A stretch of DNA of 64,000 nt, from positions 5,344,001-5,408,000 of the forward strand of contig OZ245742.1 of assembly GCA_965227295.1 (NCBI GenBank). Reading direction: 5' to 3'. How positions within the stretch are numbered: position 1 is the stretch's first letter; each line of letters begins with the position of its first letter. Of the stretch, positions 58,971 to 64,000 are shown one piece after another. Made by a program: the position numbers and the translations under genes. Below the pieces are notes generated by a model. That model saw nothing but the letters and a program-made list of their open reading frames with translations. It was not told the DNA's origin and ran no database searches. This DNA comes from Leptonemataceae bacterium (GTDB lineage Bacteria > Spirochaetota > Leptospiria > Leptospirales > Leptonemataceae).

Positions 58971-61100
58971 ATGGCGAAGAAGACGGCCGCGCAGGCAAAA
59001 TCAAAGAAGAAAGCGGCATCCGCAAAAAACAAAAAAAAAGCCGGAACCGCAAATCCCCCTCGTCGAAAAACGGCCGCCGGTACGAAGCCCGGCGACCGCA
59101 CGGCCGTAGAGAAGCGCATGCGCAAGCTGGCCGACGAGATTCGCAAACATCAGTATCTCTACTACGTCAAAAACAAACCCGAAATCCCCGACCGCGACTT
59201 CGATCACATCCTGGTAGAACTGCAACAACTGGAAGCCGATCATCCCGACCTGGCCGACCCGGACTCTCCCAGTCGCATCGTCGGCTCGGACCTGGACAGT
59301 GAATTCCCGAAATTCACGCACACCATACCCGTACTGTCCCTCAGTAATACCTACTCCACCGAAGAGGCCCTGGAGTGGGCCGAAAAAATCGCCGACGCCC
59401 ACACGAGCGATATCGGCGTCCAGTGGAAGGTCGACGGCGCAAGCCTCGTCGTGTACTACGAGGACGGACGTCTGGTGCGCGCCGTTACCCGCGGCACCGG
59501 GCAGGTGGGCGACGAGGTCACGAACAACGCCCTGACCATTCGTAACATTCCGCACCAGTTGCGCGAAAAGGTCACCGTGGCCGTCCGCGGTGAGGTCTAC
59601 ATGACCTTTGCGGACTTCGAAGAGTTCAACGAGGCCCTGGGCTGGATCTACGCCAACCCGCGGAATCTCGCAGCGGGTACGCTCAAACATAAAAAGTCCA
59701 GTGAAGTTGCAAAGCGCCCGCTCCGCTGGATGCCCTTCGACGGCCATCTGCCCGCGACGGTCATGAAAAACAGAAAGATCCGCCGGGACCGCGACATCTT
59801 GAAGTATCTGGAAAAACTCGGCCTCCCCGTATCCGCCGACAACAAGTTCGTAAAGCCCTCACAACTTCGTAAAACCATCACGGAATTCGCCGCGCAGAAA
59901 GACGGCGTGCCGATGCCCGTCGACGGCCTCGTTCTGAAAGTGGATGATCTGGAAGTTCGCGAACGACTCGGCTTTACTGCAAACAACCCGCGCTGGGCCA
60001 CATCCCTGAAATTCGAACCGGAGATCGGCGAGACAGCTGTTCGGGAAATCCAGGTGCAGACCGGTCGCACCGGCCGCGTCACACCGCGGGCAAAGCTCGA
60101 TCCGTTGAAACTCGCCGGTACCACCGTAACCTACGCGACCCTGCATAACGCGGACTACGTCGAGAAACTCGGCGTGCGCATCGGCTCGCGCGTGAAAGTC
60201 AGCAAGCGCGGCGAGATCATCCCCGCGGTGGAAGAAGTCGTCGATCCCGGCGACGGTCCCGCTTACAAGTTTCCGACGAAATGCCCCACATGCTCCACGA
60301 AACTCAACCGCGATGAAGACGCCGTCGACTGGATGTGCCCGAACCCTGAATGCGACGCAAAGATGCTAAATCGCCTCATCTTCTTCGCCGGACGCAAGCA
60401 GATGGACATCGCCGGACTCGGCGAAAAGGTCGTAACGATTCTATACGAAAAGGGATTCATCCGCCGCATCCCTGACATCTATCAGTTGCACAAGCAGCGC
60501 GAACAGTTAGAAGAACTGGAAGGCTTCGGCAAAAAGTCCGTGCAGGTTCTCCTCGACGGCATCGAAGCATCGAAGCAACGCGAGTTTCGGTACGTACTGC
60601 CGGCCCTGGGGCTGCGCGAAGTGGGCACTCACGTAACGGGCATTCTGCTCACCGAGGGCTACGACTCCGTCGAGAAGATCATCAAACTCGCGAAGTCGAA
60701 AGACGGCGAGGAGATACTGAAGAACATGGACGGCATCGGCCCGCGCATCGTAGAAGCCGTCACCGAACAGTTCCGGGACAAGCAGGTCCAGCAGCTCATT
60801 AAGGATCTCAAGAAAGCCGGGTTGACCCTGGCCGCGCCCGAACGCGCGGCCGGCACCGATCTCCCACAAATATTCGAAGGCCAGTCCTGGTGCGTCACCG
60901 GCAGCTTCACGAACTTCCGCCCGCGCGATCTCGCCATGGAAGAAGTACGCAATCGCGGCGGCCGCATCGTCACCGGCGTGAGCTCGAAAACCAGTCACCT
61001 GCTCGCGGGCGAAGGCGCGGGCAGCAAACTCGAAAAAGCCGAGAAGCTCGGCGTCACCGTGGTCAGCGAGGACGAATTTCTTAAGATGCTTTCAGAGTAA
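58971..61100 (+). CDS. ligA: NAD-dependent DNA ligase
   Basis: KVDG adenylation motif, TRGTG, ANPRN, GRTG, C4 zinc finger, HhH repeats, BRCT. Confidence 0.97.
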   Translation: MAKKTAAQAKSKKKAASAKNKKKAGTANPPRRKTAAGTKPGDRTAVEKRMRKLADEIRKHQYLYYVKNKPEIPDRDFDHILVELQQLEADHPDLADPDSPSRIVGSDLDSEFPKFTHTIPVLSLSNTYSTEEALEWAEKIADAHTSDIGVQWKVDGASLVVYYEDGRLVRAVTRGTGQVGDEVTNNALTIRNIPHQLREKVTVAVRGEVYMTFADFEEFNEALGWIYANPRNLAAGTLKHKKSSEVAKRPLRWMPFDGHLPATVMKNRKIRRDRDILKYLEKLGLPVSADNKFVKPSQLRKTITEFAAQKDGVPMPVDGLVLKVDDLEVRERLGFTANNPRWATSLKFEPEIGETAVREIQVQTGRTGRVTPRAKLDPLKLAGTTVTYATLHNADYVEKLGVRIGSRVKVSKRGEIIPAVEEVVDPGDGPAYKFPTKCPTCSTKLNRDEDAVDWMCPNPECDAKMLNRLIFFAGRKQMDIAGLGEKVVTILYEKGFIRRIPDIYQLHKQREQLEELEGFGKKSVQVLLDGIEASKQREFRYVLPALGLREVGTHVTGILLTEGYDSVEKIIKLAKSKDGEEILKNMDGIGPRIVEAVTEQFRDKQVQQLIKDLKKAGLTLAAPERAAGTDLPQIFEGQSWCVTGSFTNFRPRDLAMEEVRNRGGRIVTGVSSKTSHLLAGEGAGSKLEKAEKLGVTVVSEDEFLKMLSE

Positions 61101-61562
61101 GTCTGCGAGCACGACCGCCCGGTCATCCGCAATCGAAATCGGTGCCGGTGCGTCAGAGGACATGGACGGCCCCGCACTCCGGAAGGCTTCCAGTTCCGCG
61201 CCGATGCCGAGGCGTTCGCAGATGTCTCGCTTTTGCCGGCGTTCGCGGCAGAACTCGACGTGATCACGCCGCACGCCGGTCACTTCGTAGAACCGGTGAT
61301 GCTCCAGCCATTCCAGCGAACGTTGCTGGATCGTCTTGCCGCACTTCGATACCAGGAAAATATTTCCGGGACCGTAACATTCACTCAGAGCGGTCACCGC
61401 CTCGAAGGCTCCAGGAATCGCCGTGGCCTCGAGGTAACGTTTATCGTGGAAGATCAGATCCGGTTCGTCGGTGTCCGATCCCATCAGCACGTTGCCGATG
61501 TCGATTCCGATGCGCAGTGTTTTATCATGTTTGTGTTGTTCGTTTTTGTGTTGTTCGTTCAT
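61092..61562 (-). CDS. HAD-superfamily-like protein, possibly internally deleted
   Basis: IGIDIGNVL (motif I-like), LVSKC (motif II), K..ICERLGI; no DD motif directly follows. Confidence 0.6.
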   Translation of the reverse strand: MNEQHKNEQHKHDKTLRIGIDIGNVLMGSDTDEPDLIFHDKRYLEATAIPGAFEAVTALSECYGPGNIFLVSKCGKTIQQRSLEWLEHHRFYEVTGVRRDHVEFCRERRQKRDICERLGIGAELEAFRSAGPSMSSDAPAPISIADDRAVVLADLL

Positions 61563-61679
61563 TCAAGTTATCCCGGCTTCCCCGGGTACAACGGCACACG
61601 TACATACGCAGACCGTCTGCGTAATGCACGGCGTCCGTAAGCTTGCGAAACTGAGAGAGGGATGCGCGGACTTGCGCGA

Positions 61680-61724
61680 TCAGATCGTCAGGCGGGGGAA
61701 GCTCTGTATATATTGCTTCATCAT
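61680..61724 (-). other. Candidate leader peptide MMKQYIQSFPRLTI
   Basis: 14-codon ORF 118 nt upstream of the HAD-like gene; TAAGAT -10-like hexamer 7 nt before the ATG; hairpins follow. Confidence 0.4.
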
Positions 61725-61883
61725 CTTGCGTATCTTAGACGAAGATTTCGCAGTCTTTCCCGTGAAAAAAGATTGCCCGCAATGGCGGCCGGCCACATCC
61801 CGCACGGGGAAAGCGCTGAGCCCGGGCCGCGTCCGCTAGAAATTAGCAGACAGCGAAACTCCGTCCGCTGAACTGTCCGCAGG

Positions 61884-63377
61884 ATGTTGAATAAGCTCGT
61901 TGATCGTATCGCCGCCGCGTCCACCGGGACGATTCTTCTCATCTTCGCGGCCGCGCTGCTCCTCCGTATCCTGACCGCCATCTTCAACGTCGGCTACTTC
62001 GCCGTAGACGACTACAACCTGCTCGGGAACGCCATCCCGGTGCAGACCGCCACGGCCGTAACCGAGTCCGTCACCAATCTGGTGAACATCAGCTACATCC
62101 GCTCACCGCTGCCCCAGGCCCTCGTCTACTACACGGCGCTCTTCGCCCACGACCACTTCGGCGCCGTCGATCCGGTGGACCAGGCGCGCGCGGTCTTCTG
62201 CGTAATGGGCGTGTTGTCCCTGGCATCGCTCTACTTCGGCTGGCGATTTTTCCTGCTGCTCGGCCGCGGACGCGAAGCCGCCATCGCCCTGCTGCTCATC
62301 GGCTTTCACGCGGCTATGCCCTTCCTGAGCACTCGCTCCATGATCGAAAACATGGCGGCGCCGTTCATCATCGCATCGCTCTACTACTTCACGCGCTACT
62401 ACGTAAATCGGGAACGCTCCGAACACCTGTCTCTGGCCGTCTCCGTCCTCCTGCTGGCCCTGGGTTCCCTGCTGCGCTTCCAGACGGGAGTCCTCCTCTT
62501 CGCGTACGCCCCGTTCGTTTACCTCCGTAAGAACAAAGCGGACTACGCCTGGTTCATCGGTGCCGGGCTGGTGTCGTTCGTGGTCAGCGGCCTGCCGGAC
62601 CTCGCCATGCGCGGCATGTTCCACGGCTCGCTGCGCAACTACATCGACTACAATCTCCAGTACTCCTCGGAGTTCGGCACGTCCCCGCCCTGGGCCTACA
62701 TCCCGACGCTCATCATCTTTCTGATTCCGCCGGCTTTCATATCGCGCTACAAAGGCTTCGCCTGGAAAGAACAGTTCCGGCCGTTGTATCCGTTGCTGTT
62801 GAGCCTCGCGGTCTTCTTCGTGGTGCACTCGGCCATTCCGCACAAAGAAGACCGCTTCATGTTTCCGATTCTGCCGGCGCTCTTCGTCGCCGTCGCCCCG
62901 CTCGCGAACTTTCTGTTGCAACAACCGGGGCGCCTGGGCTTTCGCATCTACTTCGTCGTGGTGAACGTCGCGGTCATGATCGGTCTCACGTTCTTTACGT
63001 TTCAAAACAACATGATCGGCCTCGTCCGCTACATGGAGGCGCACCGGGACATTCAGCGCATCGTCATCTTTGAAGGTAGCATGACGTACTACCCCTACTC
63101 GTACTCCACACGCGGCCCGCTCCAGGGCATGCCGCGCATCGTGGCGGCCTGGCAGCCGCCCGTCGAACTCGCGGAGGATTGCACCGAGGTCCTGCTCATA
63201 CGCCAGAATTACTTAGAGAGCGCGCAGTTGCACTTAGCGAACCTCAAAGAGGTCGCCGAATTTCACGCGTCCCCCTTCGAACGCCTCGTGGTCTGGATCA
63301 ATCCCGGCGGCAACCAGCGCCGCGGCGCGATGTACGTCTATCTTCCGAAGCATTGCCCCGTCTCCGATGCACCGTGA
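61884..63377 (+). CDS. GT-C glycosyltransferase (Alg9/PIG-B mannosyltransferase-like)
   Basis: About 11 TM segments, first-loop DD, IRSP, PHKEDRFMFPILP. Confidence 0.75.
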   Translation: MLNKLVDRIAAASTGTILLIFAAALLLRILTAIFNVGYFAVDDYNLLGNAIPVQTATAVTESVTNLVNISYIRSPLPQALVYYTALFAHDHFGAVDPVDQARAVFCVMGVLSLASLYFGWRFFLLLGRGREAAIALLLIGFHAAMPFLSTRSMIENMAAPFIIASLYYFTRYYVNRERSEHLSLAVSVLLLALGSLLRFQTGVLLFAYAPFVYLRKNKADYAWFIGAGLVSFVVSGLPDLAMRGMFHGSLRNYIDYNLQYSSEFGTSPPWAYIPTLIIFLIPPAFISRYKGFAWKEQFRPLYPLLLSLAVFFVVHSAIPHKEDRFMFPILPALFVAVAPLANFLLQQPGRLGFRIYFVVVNVAVMIGLTFFTFQNNMIGLVRYMEAHRDIQRIVIFEGSMTYYPYSYSTRGPLQGMPRIVAAWQPPVELAEDCTEVLLIRQNYLESAQLHLANLKEVAEFHASPFERLVVWINPGGNQRRGAMYVYLPKHCPVSDAP

Positions 63378-64000
63378 AACCGCCCGATCAAATCAAGAAG
63401 GTCCTGGTCGTGCGCATGAGTTCCATCGGCGACATCGTGCTGACCACGCCGATCATTCGTTCACTGAAGCAGGCCCGCCCGGACATCGAGCTGCACTATC
63501 TCACCCGCGCCGCCTACGGTGACATCCTGGCGCACAACCCGCACGTGGATCGGCTGCATCTGGCGCAGCATTCCCCGCGGGAACTAAGCGCGGCGCTGCG
63601 CTCCGAACGTTTCGATTACGTCCTCGATCTGCACAACAACGCGCGCTCGCTGCGAATTTTACTGAACCTGCGCCGGCCTTTCCGTCGCTTTCCCAAGCAT
63701 AACTTCGCGAAGCTGCGCATGACGATGTTCAAGCAATCGGTTCACATTCCCCACGTCGTGGAACGCTACGCCGCCGCGCTGAAACCGCTGAACATACCGC
63801 TCGACGACGGCGGCCTGGATTTCTTTCTGCCCGACGACGCCCGGGAACGCGCCCGGACATTGCTGAGCGAACGCTTCGGCACCGACCGCGGCGCCGGCGC
63901 CGGGAACAACGGCAGTGGCATCCTGGCGGTTGTTCTCGGCGCCAAACATCGCACGAAGATCTGGGTGCCCGAGCACTTTCGCGCGCTGCTGAAACTCCGT
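63374..64000 (+). CDS. Glycosyltransferase family 9 (heptosyltransferase-like), truncated by the window end
   Basis: The GTG at 63374 gives MKPPDQIKKVLVVRMSSIGDIVLTTP..LAHNPHVD..FDYVLDLHNNARS. It is absent from the ORF track because there is no stop in the window. Confidence 0.9.
   Translation, partial: MKPPDQIKKVLVVRMSSIGDIVLTTPIIRSLKQARPDIELHYLTRAAYGDILAHNPHVDRLHLAQHSPRELSAALRSERFDYVLDLHNNARSLRILLNLRRPFRRFPKHNFAKLRMTMFKQSVHIPHVVERYAAALKPLNIPLDDGGLDFFLPDDARERARTLLSERFGTDRGAGAGNNGSGILAVVLGAKHRTKIWVPEHFRALLKLR

Overview
A GC-rich bacterial chromosomal window, most likely from a Leptospirales spirochete. This is inferred from a DUF1564-type gene, an FFLEELY-motif protein, an unusually long (~920 aa) GreA and Leptospira-style lipoproteins. 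Most of it is housekeeping and envelope genes: corA, mscS, a Ca/Na antiporter, coaE, ppk1, sulP, a SMUG1-type UDG, type-2 ileS, greA, ccmF/H/A, mlaEFD, namZ, thiL, fur, ligA and two glycosyltransferases. I saw no rRNA, tRNA or CRISPR array. The most notable observations are: (1) three dispersed ~115-130 bp non-coding elements (17.0, 27.3 and 31.8 kb) that share a multi-stem fold with compensatory base changes; (2) an operon next to an internally deleted IS5-family element that encodes an ethylene-receptor (ETR1)-like histidine kinase, two receiver proteins and a TlpA-like thioredoxin; (3) a tandem-domain methylglyoxal synthase (one dead and one apparently active domain) inside an ion-transport operon; (4) a DUF1564 gene carrying a 24-bp palindrome in its coding sequence; (5) an slr1658/slr1659-like kinase-STAS pair with a PAS-PP2C-TPR phosphatase; (6) a catalytically dead beta-lactamase-fold protein with LEA-like repeats; (7) a candidate leader-peptide attenuator. 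All family calls come from motif recognition by eye; no database searches were run.
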